Positions 9,374 through 19,487 of a stretch of 64,000 bases of DNA are shown piece by piece. Both the position numbers and the translations under genes were made by a program. Source of the stretch: Planctomycetota bacterium (GTDB lineage Bacteria > Planctomycetota > B15-G4); assembly GCA_965248575.1 (NCBI GenBank), contig CBDFJQ010000002.1, forward strand, positions 2,528,001 to 2,592,000, read 5' to 3'. The notes beneath the pieces were generated by a model, which did no database searches, was not told the DNA's origin, and worked only from the letters and a program-made list of their open reading frames with translations. Position 1 is the first letter of the stretch. Each line of letters opens with the position of its first letter.

Positions 9374-9976
9374 TCAGGGAGTCGACAGGAGCGCGAGCAG
9401 CGTGTCGATGACCCGCTCGGCAGCCGGGGCCTTGCTGGCCGCCGCTGCACTCTTGCTGGCGCCGCGTGATTGGATGAGGGCGTGCACGGTGCCGGTGAAG
9501 ATGGGCAGCATCGTCCCGGGGTCGAGGTCCGCGCGCAGATCGCCCTGCTCGCTACCCTCGCGGAAGGCGGCCATCAGGTAGGCGCGCGAGCGCTTGACCA
9601 ACGCACGCAAGCGCCCCACCGCATCCTCAGGCACGCACAGGTAGACCTGGTCCGAGAGCAGCAGCCAGGCGAGCCCCGGCGTGCCGCCGATCAGTTCGAC
9701 GCGCGCCAGGGCGAGCGCCCGCAGGCGATCCAGCGGCGGCAAGTCCGCCGAGGGGAGGGTGGCGTCGACGGCTTCGATGGCCACGTCCACGGCGGCGCCC
9801 AGGATTTCATCCAGCGTGGCGTAATGCCTGAAGAGCGCGCCCGGCGTGAGGCCCACCTCCTCGGCCAAGCTGGCCGCAGTGAGGGAGGTGGCGCCGCGCT
9901 CGCCGATGACCGCGAGAGCCGCTCGCGCGATCTCAAGGCGCCGGATGCTGGAGGGCTTACGGGTGGTGCTGGGCAC
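9374..9976 (-). CDS. TetR/AcrR family transcriptional regulator
   Basis: N-terminal HTH LTAASLAEEVGLTPGALFRHY. Confidence 0.9.
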   Translation of the reverse strand: MPSTTRKPSSIRRLEIARAALAVIGERGATSLTAASLAEEVGLTPGALFRHYATLDEILGAAVDVAIEAVDATLPSADLPPLDRLRALALARVELIGGTPGLAWLLLSDQVYLCVPEDAVGRLRALVKRSRAYLMAAFREGSEQGDLRADLDPGTMLPIFTGTVHALIQSRGASKSAAAASKAPAAERVIDTLLALLSTP

Positions 9977-10036
9977 TGGAAAGGGGCTGGGGGAGGAACC
10001 AGGGGGTCGGCTGTCTCGTGTCGCCGTGATCGAGTT

Positions 10037-10056
10037 GTAAGTAAATAGTTACTTAC
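10037..10056. promoter_or_regulatory. Palindromic operator, probably bound by the TetR (tetR-ric)
   Basis: Perfect GTAAGTAA-atag-TTACTTAC in an AT-rich patch about 60 bp upstream of the tetR start. Confidence 0.65.
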
Positions 10057-10179
10057 TAATCGTATCAAGACAAGCCTGAAACAAGCTTTTATGAGTAATT
10101 TTGACCCGCCGATTGGATCGATGAAGCGCATGAGGGGCCTAGGGGGGCCCAGCACCCGCTGATCGTCAGCGAACCGAAG

Positions 10180-12039
10180 TCAGCGCTTCGGCAGATCCAC
10201 GAGGCGAACGCCGCCGATGTGTTTCGGCTGAGGCCCTGCCCCGGAGAGGCGTACTGCCGTCCACGCCCCACCCGCGCTTGCGAGGTTCAACAGCGCCGTG
10301 CCGCCCCGAGCCAGGGAGAATTCGCCCATCGGTCGCGTCTGACCCTCGGCGTCGACGAGCTCGACGCTCAATGGGCCCTTGGGGCCCTGCGGACCCAGCT
10401 GGATCCACAAGGCGGCGTGACGACTCCGGAGCGCGCGCGCTGGCAGTTTGTGCTCCTGCAACCACCCCTCTCCGTCCTCCCGCTTCTGGATGCGGGCTCG
10501 AGGCAGTGTGAAGGAGTGCTCCAGGTCGAGCTCCGTCACGGCACGCATGCGGATGTCGTGCTGAACCGGTGCCCCCAAGAACATGACCACGAGCAGAGGC
10601 GAACCCGTCCCGGCGGCAAGCACGGGCAGCGTCAGCGAGTTCGAGTCCTCTGGCCAGGAGATGCCGTACCGCGTGCTGCCGGTGAACACGCTGACGCGAA
10701 GCCCCGGGGCGTCCGTGGGCCGGCCCGAAAGCTCAATGTGAACGATGCCGTCGCCCGTGCTGGCCAGCTTGCCCCTAGCCAGGAAGCCGCGACGGCCAGG
10801 GGGTTGAGTGAACTCGCAGGGCAGGCCAAACCACTGCGGCGGCTCGGCGAAGATCATCGGCTTCACCATGTCTGCTTGCAGCAGCTGGGGCCCCACCTCA
10901 GCCGCGCCGTAGCCTTGCAGCTGAAAAGACGGAATCTCGAGCACCAGCTGCGATCCTTCGGGAATGCTCCCGGAGGCCAGTGCACGGTGAAGGCTGACGC
11001 CTGCGGTGGTGGCGGCCTGACCAAGCCCCAGTACCTGGCGATCGACGAGGTGTGAAAGCTGCTGGGTAGCGGTCAAGGTCGAACTGAAACTGGTCCCGAT
11101 CAGAACCACACTGGGTGCTTCTTCGGGCAGGTTGTTGAGCGAATCGGGATTGACGAGGGGAGCCTGCAGATGCTCCTTGGGAAGGGTACTCATGACGGGG
11201 TGGTCTATCTCGATGCCCAGGGTCTGGAGCAGGCCGTGCTTCACCTGTTTCGGCACGCCGATCCGCATGCTGCTGGTGCGCAACTCCGGTGGTACCCAGT
11301 TGCCCAAGACTCTCGTCGCCGCCTCTAGGGCATGCCACATGCCCTTTCTGCTCCAGTGGGTATCCTGGCGCAACCACAGCGCGTCCGGGTTCAACCCTTC
11401 CCAAACGTCGAACAAGTTCACGTGGGGAACGCGGCGCTCCGCCAGCAACTTGTAGATGTCGTGCTCGTACTCGGGATGGGGGTCGACGCCCGCAGGGAGC
11501 TTGGCAGTCATGATCGTCGCCTTGCGCGGCAGCACCAGGAACACCGGGTCGATGCCGAGCCCCACCAGGCGGCGGTCGAGAGCCGTCAGCAGGTTGGCGG
11601 CCACGGGGCCGTGCTGGGAACGATGGGTACCTCCGCGGGGCAGGATGCGTTCCTTGAGGAAGAGCCACCCGTCTTTACCCACGACCAGATCCGTCCCCGC
11701 CTCCCCCAGCGGCAGCAGCCCGTAGACCACGTACCAAGGCACAAGGGTCTCACGCATGTTGGAGCGCTCTTGCAGCGTGAGGTCCACTGAACGCATCCAC
11801 GTCCCGTCCGCCATCCTGGCGTTGGCACGCAGGGTATCGCGCGCCAACTCGTCCGAGCGTGTGAGCCGAGGCCCCGGGTCTGGCGCGATCAAGTCGACGA
11901 TCCCAGCCCCCCCCATCAGCGCCAGGAACAGCACGACGATGACCGGAGCGCCGATCCGGCGCCAGCCACTGTGAGCCACCCCGGCGGGTGCCGGGACGAG
12001 ACCGTCGTGCTCAGAATTGGAAGTAGAGGAAGGGGACAT
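10180..12039 (-). CDS. AlgJ/AlgX-like SGNH O-acetyltransferase with C-terminal extension
   Basis: N-terminal TM, VVGKDGWLF, DTHWS, IGTSFS; overlaps the MBOAT gene. Confidence 0.8.
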   Translation of the reverse strand: MSPSSTSNSEHDGLVPAPAGVAHSGWRRIGAPVIVVLFLALMGGAGIVDLIAPDPGPRLTRSDELARDTLRANARMADGTWMRSVDLTLQERSNMRETLVPWYVVYGLLPLGEAGTDLVVGKDGWLFLKERILPRGGTHRSQHGPVAANLLTALDRRLVGLGIDPVFLVLPRKATIMTAKLPAGVDPHPEYEHDIYKLLAERRVPHVNLFDVWEGLNPDALWLRQDTHWSRKGMWHALEAATRVLGNWVPPELRTSSMRIGVPKQVKHGLLQTLGIEIDHPVMSTLPKEHLQAPLVNPDSLNNLPEEAPSVVLIGTSFSSTLTATQQLSHLVDRQVLGLGQAATTAGVSLHRALASGSIPEGSQLVLEIPSFQLQGYGAAEVGPQLLQADMVKPMIFAEPPQWFGLPCEFTQPPGRRGFLARGKLASTGDGIVHIELSGRPTDAPGLRVSVFTGSTRYGISWPEDSNSLTLPVLAAGTGSPLLVVMFLGAPVQHDIRMRAVTELDLEHSFTLPRARIQKREDGEGWLQEHKLPARALRSRHAALWIQLGPQGPKGPLSVELVDAEGQTRPMGEFSLARGGTALLNLASAGGAWTAVRLSGAGPQPKHIGGVRLVDLPKR

Positions 12040-13405
12040 TCTTCTCGTGGTGCAAGTGTGCGAGAGCCAAGGGCAACAGCAGCTGCAGGCTGAGCGCCCA
12101 CCAGAGAGGTGGCTCGCGCACGAGGCGTTGAGTGGTGGGGAGACCCCAGACGACGATCGCCGCGACGGCGAAGGCCAACAGGTGGATGGGCTTCAGGAGA
12201 AAGGGAATCGGCAGGGCGCCGTCGGCGGCCAGACCGAACATGCTCGCCAGGATCTGTCCGGCGTCACCGAGCGTCTCAGCCCGGAAGAACACCCAACCGA
12301 TGATGGCCAGGCCAAAGGTCAGTGCGACTTGGCAGGCGCGAGGTGTGAACGAGTAGAGCGCGCGCTTGCCGATGGACCGTTCGAAGATCAGCCAGAAGCC
12401 TTGATAGGCACCCCAGGCGACGAAGGTCCAGGCCGCGCCGTGCCACAAGCCGCCGAGCAGCATGACCACGGCGAGATTGATGTAGGTGCGCACGGGGCCG
12501 CGGCGGTTGCCCCCGAGCGGCAAGTAGAGGTAGTCCCGCAGGAAGGTCGAGAGCGAGACATGCCAGCGCCGCCAGAACTCCGTGATCGAACGGCTGCGAT
12601 AGGGCCCGTCGAAGTTGATCGGAAAGCGGAAGCCGATCATCAGACCCAGGCCGATGGCCATGTCCGAATAGCCCGAGAAGTCGAAGTAGATCTGGAAGGT
12701 GTAGGCCAGCGTGCCGAGCCAGGCCTCGCCCGTGGTCACAGCCTCCGCCGCGAACACGTCGTCGGCGATGGAGGCCAGGACGTCGGCGATGAGCACCTTC
12801 TTGATCAGCCCGGCCTGGAACGCGAGCACGCCCTGGAAGAACTTGCCCAGGGTGTGCGAGCGGTTGGCGAGCTGATCGGCAACGGTGTTGTAGCGGACGA
12901 TGGGCCCGGCCACGAGCTGCGGGAACATGGCCACGTAGCACATGAAATCGCGAAAGCGCCCCACCGGGGGAGTGGTGCCGCGGTACACGTCCACCGTGTA
13001 GCTGAGCGTCTGGAAGGTGTAGAAGGAGATGCCCACCGGCAGGATGATGTGCGTCCAGCTGATGGGGTCGGTCCCGGACTCGGCCAGCAGGTTGTTGAGC
13101 GTCTCGATGCCGAAGTTGGCGTACTTGAAGTAGGCCAGCAAGCCGAGGTTTGTGAACAACGACAGCATGAGCCAGGGCTTGCCCCGCTCGCCCCGCTGCC
13201 GGGCGACGTGGATCCGCTGACCCGCCGTGTAGTCCACCACTGTGGAAACGGCCATCAGGATCAGGAAGTCGGGCCGCCACCAGCCGTAGAAGACGTAGCT
13301 GACCGCCGCCAGCGTGAGCGACCGGAACCTGCGCGGAGTGGCGTAGTAGGCCACCAGGAAGGCCGGCAGGAAGAAGTAGAGAAAGGTCGCACTCGCGAAG
13401 AGCAT
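12011..13405 (-). CDS. algI: MBOAT family O-acyltransferase (AlgI/DltB-like)
   Basis: LPVGISFYTFQ, FPQLVAGPI, QIYFDFSGYSDMAIG, FWRRWH, LWHGA, ends FLYFQF. Confidence 0.9.
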   Translation of the reverse strand: MLFASATFLYFFLPAFLVAYYATPRRFRSLTLAAVSYVFYGWWRPDFLILMAVSTVVDYTAGQRIHVARQRGERGKPWLMLSLFTNLGLLAYFKYANFGIETLNNLLAESGTDPISWTHIILPVGISFYTFQTLSYTVDVYRGTTPPVGRFRDFMCYVAMFPQLVAGPIVRYNTVADQLANRSHTLGKFFQGVLAFQAGLIKKVLIADVLASIADDVFAAEAVTTGEAWLGTLAYTFQIYFDFSGYSDMAIGLGLMIGFRFPINFDGPYRSRSITEFWRRWHVSLSTFLRDYLYLPLGGNRRGPVRTYINLAVVMLLGGLWHGAAWTFVAWGAYQGFWLIFERSIGKRALYSFTPRACQVALTFGLAIIGWVFFRAETLGDAGQILASMFGLAADGALPIPFLLKPIHLLAFAVAAIVVWGLPTTQRLVREPPLWWALSLQLLLPLALAHLHHEKNVPFLYFQF

Positions 13406-13623
13406 GGGCAGCTAGGCGGGGAGGCGGTGCGTGGGGTGCCTGGCACGGAGATCGGCAGGAAGCCTAGCACGGGAACTCCCCCGAGGCCGCCGCTCGAGGT
13501 GGCCCGGATGGGCGGGCCCGCAGCAACGACAAGCGCCACGCTCGACGAACCGAGCGCGGCGCAGGGGACGACCGGGAACACCCGCCTGCGCTCAAGCGCC
13601 GGCGGCTGTCCCGAACCGGGTTG

Positions 13624-16600
13624 TCAACGGACCTGGTGCATGGACTCCACGTCCCAGGTCTGACCCGCCCCGTGGCAGATCAGGCAAGACTCCGCCCCAT
13701 CGACGGGCGAGCTCTGCGATTGCATGTGCGCCTGCTCGGCGTCCGAGTCGTGGCACGAGCCACAGGAAACGTTCCACTCCTGAGCGGGAAGCACCTGCTC
13801 GGTGGGATGCTGACGGTTGCTCGGCGTCTCCCACGCATCGTTGCCTTCGCCGTGACAGCGAGCACAATCCAGAACACCTTCAGGCATGGCCGGGAACTCC
13901 ACATGGTCGTACATGTGGCCCGAGAAGTTGTCCGGGTAGTTGCTCGGCGAGCCGAAGCCATTCACCGAGTAGGTACTCGCCTTGTCCAGATCACCACCAC
14001 GATGGATCTTGTGGATCATCTCGCGGAAGTTGACCGTCACACCATCCGTTGCCGGTGCATTGGCCGCCACGTACTGCGGGCGATCGCCCGAACCTGCCGT
14101 GGCATGGCAAGCGAAGCAGGCCTCGAAACCGCGACGGAAGCTTCCGTGGAACTGGATGTCCACATGGCAAGAGTTGCAGTTCTCGATGCTCGTGATCAAG
14201 TCGTAGGGTTGGACGCTGGTTGCGCCGCCCACGAGAACATCCATCCGGGTACCCGCCGCACCTTCGCGGTAGGTGTTGCTCTCTCCATAGAGATTGAGGG
14301 TCTGGGAGCGTGAGCCCCACATGACCACCGAATAGGTGCCGTCCACGATGGACTTGCCCGTCCACGCGCCGAAACGCTCACCGAGGTCCGGGCCGGCGTT
14401 GAGAGCCATCGGGTACACCGCAGGCATCACGAAGTCCGTGCTGTAGCTCACGACCAGCGGATTGCCGTCGCCGAACCCACCCGTTTCCGTGATGGTCCCG
14501 GTGGCCGCAGTCAGCATGTACTCCATGCCCTCGGTGAGTGGCAGGAGATCCACGACATCCACCGTTGCACCTTCATCGTGGTCGCCTACGGGCCCAGGGG
14601 CATAGCCTTGGGTGTAGGTCGAGGAGAACCACAGGCGGTCCCCTTCCACGTATTGGATGAGCAGATACTCCTGGTTCTTCTCGCCAGCATCGATCAGCAC
14701 ATAGTCATTGCGGAGGAAGCCGTCACCGTCATCCACATCGATGAAGTTCACCGGACCGACAACGTCCGCCGACAGGGCGCTGGAGGCATCTCCGAAACCC
14801 GTTTGCTGCCAGACCTCGGTCAGATGCCCCGTGGCGTTCCAGTGCGGTGTGTGGACCGTGCTGAACTCGTCGTCACCAGAGGTCGCATCGCCGATGTACT
14901 CGAAGTAAGCGCGCATCGGCAAGTTGATGGTGTAGGGCTGACCACCCGTGAACAGCTCCCCGGGCAACGACTGCTCAGGCAGGACGATGTTCTCGTTGCT
15001 GGTGGGCCCCGTGAACATGATGCTGCGCCCAGAGAGTGTCGCTGGGTCGACCGACAAGCCCATGTCGTCGGAGAGCGTGAACGTGACCGCCACCTTCTCT
15101 CCTTCGTCCAACGTTCCGTCGGAGTCATTCAGCCCGGCCTCAGCCACCGACAGGATGTCGAGGTTGATGCCCGTTGCGAAACTCGGAGTCAGCAGCGGAT
15201 GCAGGTGAGCGTCCTCGACCGCCAGCGGAATCCCATCCCGCGGGTGGCATTGAGTACAGGTCACATCTCCGATCTGGGGCGGCATCGACTGCTGGTTGCT
15301 GGTGTAGGGCTGGTCATGGACCCAGTCGTCGTGGCATGAACCACAGGTGTTGCGCCGCAGCACCGTGTAGGCGTTTTCACCTTGCTCCGGAGCCTCGATG
15401 GGGCCTGCGCCGTCGGGGTCGCCGTGGCAGATGTTGCAGCTGGTGATACCGGTCAGGATTTCATTCTCCTGGCCCGTGAACGCACCCAGATCCGAGTGCC
15501 CCATGTCTTTGGGCATGGCCGACGCGAAGTTGGGCCACGCAGGGAACTCGACGTCGGAGTAGTCGTGAATACTGTTGCCGAAGCCAATGATCTGATACGG
15601 CTTCGGAGTCACGGTGTAGTCCTTGTCGCCCAGGGAATCGGCCAAGACGCCGTTCACCGACGGCAAGTGCGTTCCGTTGTGGATCTTGTGCACCATCACG
15701 GAAAACTCGACCGTCACTCCCGGTGTTCCGCCCGCCACGGAGGCGATGCGGTCTTCCGAGCCCGCGGTGTGGCACATGAGGCAAAGCACGATGCCCTTCC
15801 GGGTCCCGCCATGGAACTGCATGTCAGAGTGACAGGCGTTGCAGTTTTCTTCTGCAACGACAGCACGAGACTCGATGGCAGCGACCGTGGTTCCGATCAG
15901 GAAGTCGACCGTCGTGGTCCCCACCTCGCGATGGGAGTCGTCCCCGGCGTTGTAGCGCCAGTAGAAATACATGCCCATTGTGTAGGTGCCATCGACCAAC
16001 GCTTGGCCGGTGCGCTCTCCATCGTCCTCATCGAACGCAGGGCTGTCATTCAGCGGCGCGAGGTAGGTCGCAGGAATCGGAGTCGGGAAGTCGTAGGTGT
16101 ACGTCCCGTCGCCGTTGTCCGTAGCGGCCGTCTTGATGTCGCTGACCTGCCCGATCAGACGTTGGTAGTCGTTGGTCGGTCCGGACACGATCGCCCGGGT
16201 CGAGTCCATCTCGTCCAGATGCCAGGACGTGCCGTCGGTCTTGGCGACACGGAACTTCACCGACATGGTGTCGCCCGGCTTGAAGTTGCCCGTTGGGCCC
16301 TTCGCGCCGTTCAGTTCCAACACCTGGATGATCAAACCCGGTGCGGCCTCTCCCTTGTTGAGATCCGGATCGGTGTTGCCGCCACCGTCTGGCAGCTGGT
16401 ACTCACCGTCATAGATGAAGCTGCCGTAGACCGGCAGGACCGCCCCACCTTCATCCACGGGGAACAGATCGCCGGCAAAGGAGCCGGCCACCAGGCCATC
16501 GCTCGTGGCACCTACGGAGAGCAGGAAGCTGTCGTCCGCCGACTCCCACTCCCGGCCCAGGTCATCGATGAAACGAATGATCGCCGGAGTGGCAGTGAAG

Positions 16601-17481
16601 GCGAGGGGCGCCTGTTCGGAGCCAAGCGAGAACGGCAGCAAGAGCTCAAGCCGTTGGGAGGACTTCTTCCCGGGGGAACCCATCACACTCGTGGGCCCAT
16701 CGAAGGAACTGTCCACCACGATCTGATTGGCCTTCACGTTCACATCGGGTGCATCGGGCATGGCGACGCGCAGGAGCGGCTTGCCGAGCTTGGGCGTGCC
16801 GCCCACGACCGTCAGGGAGCCGGCCAACATGTCGCCACCAACCTTGTTGGTGACTTCCACGCCCCACAATCCAGAGGGCACCTTCTTGGGTAGGCGGAAG
16901 CTGACCAGGGACTGGGTGTTGCCGCCTTCCGAGGTCAGGGGGATGATCGAGAGCAGCTTGGCCTTGAAGCCAGCGACCCGCACGGCCACGCCCTTTGTTC
17001 CCACCTGGTCGACGATGACGGTGGCCATGTCCGAAGGCATCACCGTATCTGCACCGTCGATGCCCATGATCTCGGGCGACACGATCTCGATCGAGTCCTT
17101 CGACTCCACGGGGCCCGCAGTCTTGCCGGCCGGATCGAGCGTCAGATTGTAGGTGCCGCGCTTGGCCTTCTTCACCACCACGACGACCATGCCGTCGGAG
17201 ACGGGCTTGGCTGCCTTGAGCGACGTCCCTTTCACCTTGGCGCCGTTGAAGGAGAGGTAGACCTTGGGGGCCTTGGTTCCGAATCCGGACCCCGTCACCA
17301 CGAATTCGGTACCGACTGTCGCTTCTGAAACTGAGACATCGGTGATCTCCGGGTCCTGCGCTTGGGCGACCCCTGCGAACAACAGCAAGGCGGCAAGTGC
17401 AGGCAGCACACGGAGTGCGGTTTGTGAATGCCGAAGGCTCCCGCTACGGGTTCGGCGAGTCATCAGATGGGTGAAGAACAT
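13624..17481 (-). CDS. Decaheme c-type cytochrome, OmcA/MtrC-like, with N-terminal Ig/IPT-like domains (paralog 1)
   Basis: 10 CXXCH in 2+3+2+3 spacing (CNACH, CLMCH, CNICH, CGSCH, CTQCH, CNSCH, CFACH, CARCH, CGSCH, CLICH); MVHKIH and MIHKIH; signal peptide ending AQA. Confidence 0.9.
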   Translation of the reverse strand: MFFTHLMTRRTRSGSLRHSQTALRVLPALAALLLFAGVAQAQDPEITDVSVSEATVGTEFVVTGSGFGTKAPKVYLSFNGAKVKGTSLKAAKPVSDGMVVVVVKKAKRGTYNLTLDPAGKTAGPVESKDSIEIVSPEIMGIDGADTVMPSDMATVIVDQVGTKGVAVRVAGFKAKLLSIIPLTSEGGNTQSLVSFRLPKKVPSGLWGVEVTNKVGGDMLAGSLTVVGGTPKLGKPLLRVAMPDAPDVNVKANQIVVDSSFDGPTSVMGSPGKKSSQRLELLLPFSLGSEQAPLAFTATPAIIRFIDDLGREWESADDSFLLSVGATSDGLVAGSFAGDLFPVDEGGAVLPVYGSFIYDGEYQLPDGGGNTDPDLNKGEAAPGLIIQVLELNGAKGPTGNFKPGDTMSVKFRVAKTDGTSWHLDEMDSTRAIVSGPTNDYQRLIGQVSDIKTAATDNGDGTYTYDFPTPIPATYLAPLNDSPAFDEDDGERTGQALVDGTYTMGMYFYWRYNAGDDSHREVGTTTVDFLIGTTVAAIESRAVVAEENCNACHSDMQFHGGTRKGIVLCLMCHTAGSEDRIASVAGGTPGVTVEFSVMVHKIHNGTHLPSVNGVLADSLGDKDYTVTPKPYQIIGFGNSIHDYSDVEFPAWPNFASAMPKDMGHSDLGAFTGQENEILTGITSCNICHGDPDGAGPIEAPEQGENAYTVLRRNTCGSCHDDWVHDQPYTSNQQSMPPQIGDVTCTQCHPRDGIPLAVEDAHLHPLLTPSFATGINLDILSVAEAGLNDSDGTLDEGEKVAVTFTLSDDMGLSVDPATLSGRSIMFTGPTSNENIVLPEQSLPGELFTGGQPYTINLPMRAYFEYIGDATSGDDEFSTVHTPHWNATGHLTEVWQQTGFGDASSALSADVVGPVNFIDVDDGDGFLRNDYVLIDAGEKNQEYLLIQYVEGDRLWFSSTYTQGYAPGPVGDHDEGATVDVVDLLPLTEGMEYMLTAATGTITETGGFGDGNPLVVSYSTDFVMPAVYPMALNAGPDLGERFGAWTGKSIVDGTYSVVMWGSRSQTLNLYGESNTYREGAAGTRMDVLVGGATSVQPYDLITSIENCNSCHVDIQFHGSFRRGFEACFACHATAGSGDRPQYVAANAPATDGVTVNFREMIHKIHRGGDLDKASTYSVNGFGSPSNYPDNFSGHMYDHVEFPAMPEGVLDCARCHGEGNDAWETPSNRQHPTEQVLPAQEWNVSCGSCHDSDAEQAHMQSQSSPVDGAESCLICHGAGQTWDVESMHQVR

Positions 17482-17876
17482 CGGCTGTCTCCGCTCCAGG
17501 TTCCTCTGTTCTTCCGGCCTAGACCCGGCGTCTCTACCAGAAGAACAGGACTGCGATTCTCACGAGTGCGTAGGAACAGGTCAGTAAGCAGTATGCCGTA
17601 CTTGGTGGCGGAGGTGGGGGCAGAGGCCGTGCTGCCGTCGGCCAGCCGACCAACCACCAAACGTGCTCAAGAGCGAAACGTAGCCGGTCTCGCACCATTG
17701 TGTCGAGTGCTAGTCTGCGCATGGGCGCAGGGGCACCTGCGCCCTAGGACGTATCTCCGATCTTCGGAGAGAAGCCTATGGTGAGACCGTGTCTCTGCAC
17801 CGGTGACGGCACCGGTGACCGCATCGGGACCGCGTGAAAAACTGGCCCGGCAGGAAGCATGCGAGACGCCTGATCG

Positions 17877-19487
17877 ATGAGTGATGGAAGGCTCACCTTC
17901 GAATCCAAGCGGCCAACGCACGGCGTGCCGGCTGTTGGCTTCGTGCGCAATGGCACCATGCTCGCGCTGCTCTTCGGGCTCTTCATGTGGCATCAGATCG
18001 GTGTCTATTCTGAAGATCAAGACACCGGGCAACCTGACTCCGCCGTCATCGCGACAGAGCAAACGCTGTCTGAGAACTCGCCGGACACCCCGTCCGCTCC
18101 CGACGAGGACACACGCCCGGACTTCGGCCCGCCGTTGCCCGAGCAACAACCTGACTCCGCCGCCACCGCGACAGAAGAAACGCTGTCTGAGCACTCGCCG
18201 GACACTCAGTCTGCTCCCGATGAGGACGCACGCCCGTTCTACGGCCCGTTGCTGCCCGAAGAACAACCTGGTCCTCTCATGCGGGGTTTCCTTTCCGCGC
18301 GCTACAGGCGGCGCTCCTCAGGCGGCCAACACGACGACGACCTGCACACCTATCTGTCGCTGGACGTGGGCAATCCCGACACGGACGGCATGACGTTCCA
18401 CCTAGACGGTCGCCTTTCCCGCACGCTCAGCGTGGACAAGGACACGTTCGGAGACCTCGATGACTCCCGCGATGGCAATACGCGGGCCCTGCTCTACAAC
18501 GCCTTCATCGATTTCCACGACACCGGGTTGGACCTCCTGCGCGTCGGCCGCCAAACCGACTACGACACACCCGAGGTGCTCTACTACGACGGTATCCATG
18601 TCCGGTCAGAAGCGCTCGACGACAGGGACACCCAGGTCGGCACCTACGGAGGCATCTCCAACCACCTCTACGAGTCGTCCACTGATGGCGATCGCCTCTA
18701 CGGTGTCTATCTGGAGACGCGCCCCTGGGAGGATGGGCGCATACGCCTGGACTGGTTGCACGCCGAGGACCAACGCACGCTCGGTAGCTCCAAGGACGAC
18801 CTGCTCGCCGTCCAGGCCTGGAAGACCTTCGATCAGCTGCGGCTCGAGGGGTCTTTCTCAAGGCTCGAAGGCGACAATCGGGACTTCCGGACGGCCGCGA
18901 CCTGGTTCGACCCGGAGCATGAGCTGCTCGTCAGGGGCTCCTACTATCGCCTGCTGGAAACCCAGGGGACCCGGGCGGTGGAGCTGGACAACTTCTCGAG
19001 CGCGCTCTTCGACCTCTTCCCGTACGAACAGATCGACATCTCGGCATCGCAAGCCATTGGCCAGGGCGTGACCCTGCAGGGCGGAGCGTCGCTGCGCATC
19101 GTCGAGGACCAAGGCGACAAGACGAACTTCAACCGGGACGTGAACCGCTACTACCTCACCACCTCCTTCGAGAATGTCTGCGGCGAAGCCAACACATTGA
19201 GCGTCACGGGCGAGCACTGGCAGGGCGACCGGAACGAGCATCAGGCGCTGGGCGTCGACCTCACCCGGCAAATCTCGGACGAGCTTCAGTGCTCGGTGGG
19301 CAGCTACTATTCGCTGTACAAGGTCGACTTCTCTGCCCAGTCGGAACGTGAGGACGTGCAGACTTACTACATGCGCTTCGACTACGACATCAGCAAGGCC
19401 TACAGCCTGGACTTCGGATACGAGTTCGAGAACTCGTCGGTCGGCGACTTCCACAACATACGGATGGCTGCGCGATGGCGATTCTGA
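17877..19487 (+). CDS. Outer-membrane beta-barrel porin (porin-cytochrome type)
   Basis: Alternating amphipathic strands, RVGRQ motif, C-terminal ARWRF; lies directly upstream of a multiheme cytochrome. Start uncertain (17877 or 17958). Confidence 0.78.
   Translation: MSDGRLTFESKRPTHGVPAVGFVRNGTMLALLFGLFMWHQIGVYSEDQDTGQPDSAVIATEQTLSENSPDTPSAPDEDTRPDFGPPLPEQQPDSAATATEETLSEHSPDTQSAPDEDARPFYGPLLPEEQPGPLMRGFLSARYRRRSSGGQHDDDLHTYLSLDVGNPDTDGMTFHLDGRLSRTLSVDKDTFGDLDDSRDGNTRALLYNAFIDFHDTGLDLLRVGRQTDYDTPEVLYYDGIHVRSEALDDRDTQVGTYGGISNHLYESSTDGDRLYGVYLETRPWEDGRIRLDWLHAEDQRTLGSSKDDLLAVQAWKTFDQLRLEGSFSRLEGDNRDFRTAATWFDPEHELLVRGSYYRLLETQGTRAVELDNFSSALFDLFPYEQIDISASQAIGQGVTLQGGASLRIVEDQGDKTNFNRDVNRYYLTTSFENVCGEANTLSVTGEHWQGDRNEHQALGVDLTRQISDELQCSVGSYYSLYKVDFSAQSEREDVQTYYMRFDYDISKAYSLDFGYEFENSSVGDFHNIRMAARWRF
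18030..18270 (+). repeat. 117-bp in-frame tandem duplication (39 aa, Pro/acidic) at the porin N-terminus
   Basis: Copies begin caacctgactccgcc at 18030 and 18147; a partial third copy caacctg starts at 18264. Confidence 0.92.

Noticed and set aside
13441..13457. TGGCAC as a possible sigma-54 site near algI
   Set aside because: No TTGC at the right spacing, and it points away from algI
12017..13663. Long antisense or alternate-frame ORFs (also 2746-4131, 15382-16893, 49343-50881, 54555-56057, 61802-63385)
   Set aside because: Shadow ORFs expected from high-GC codon bias opposite well-supported genes; no motifs
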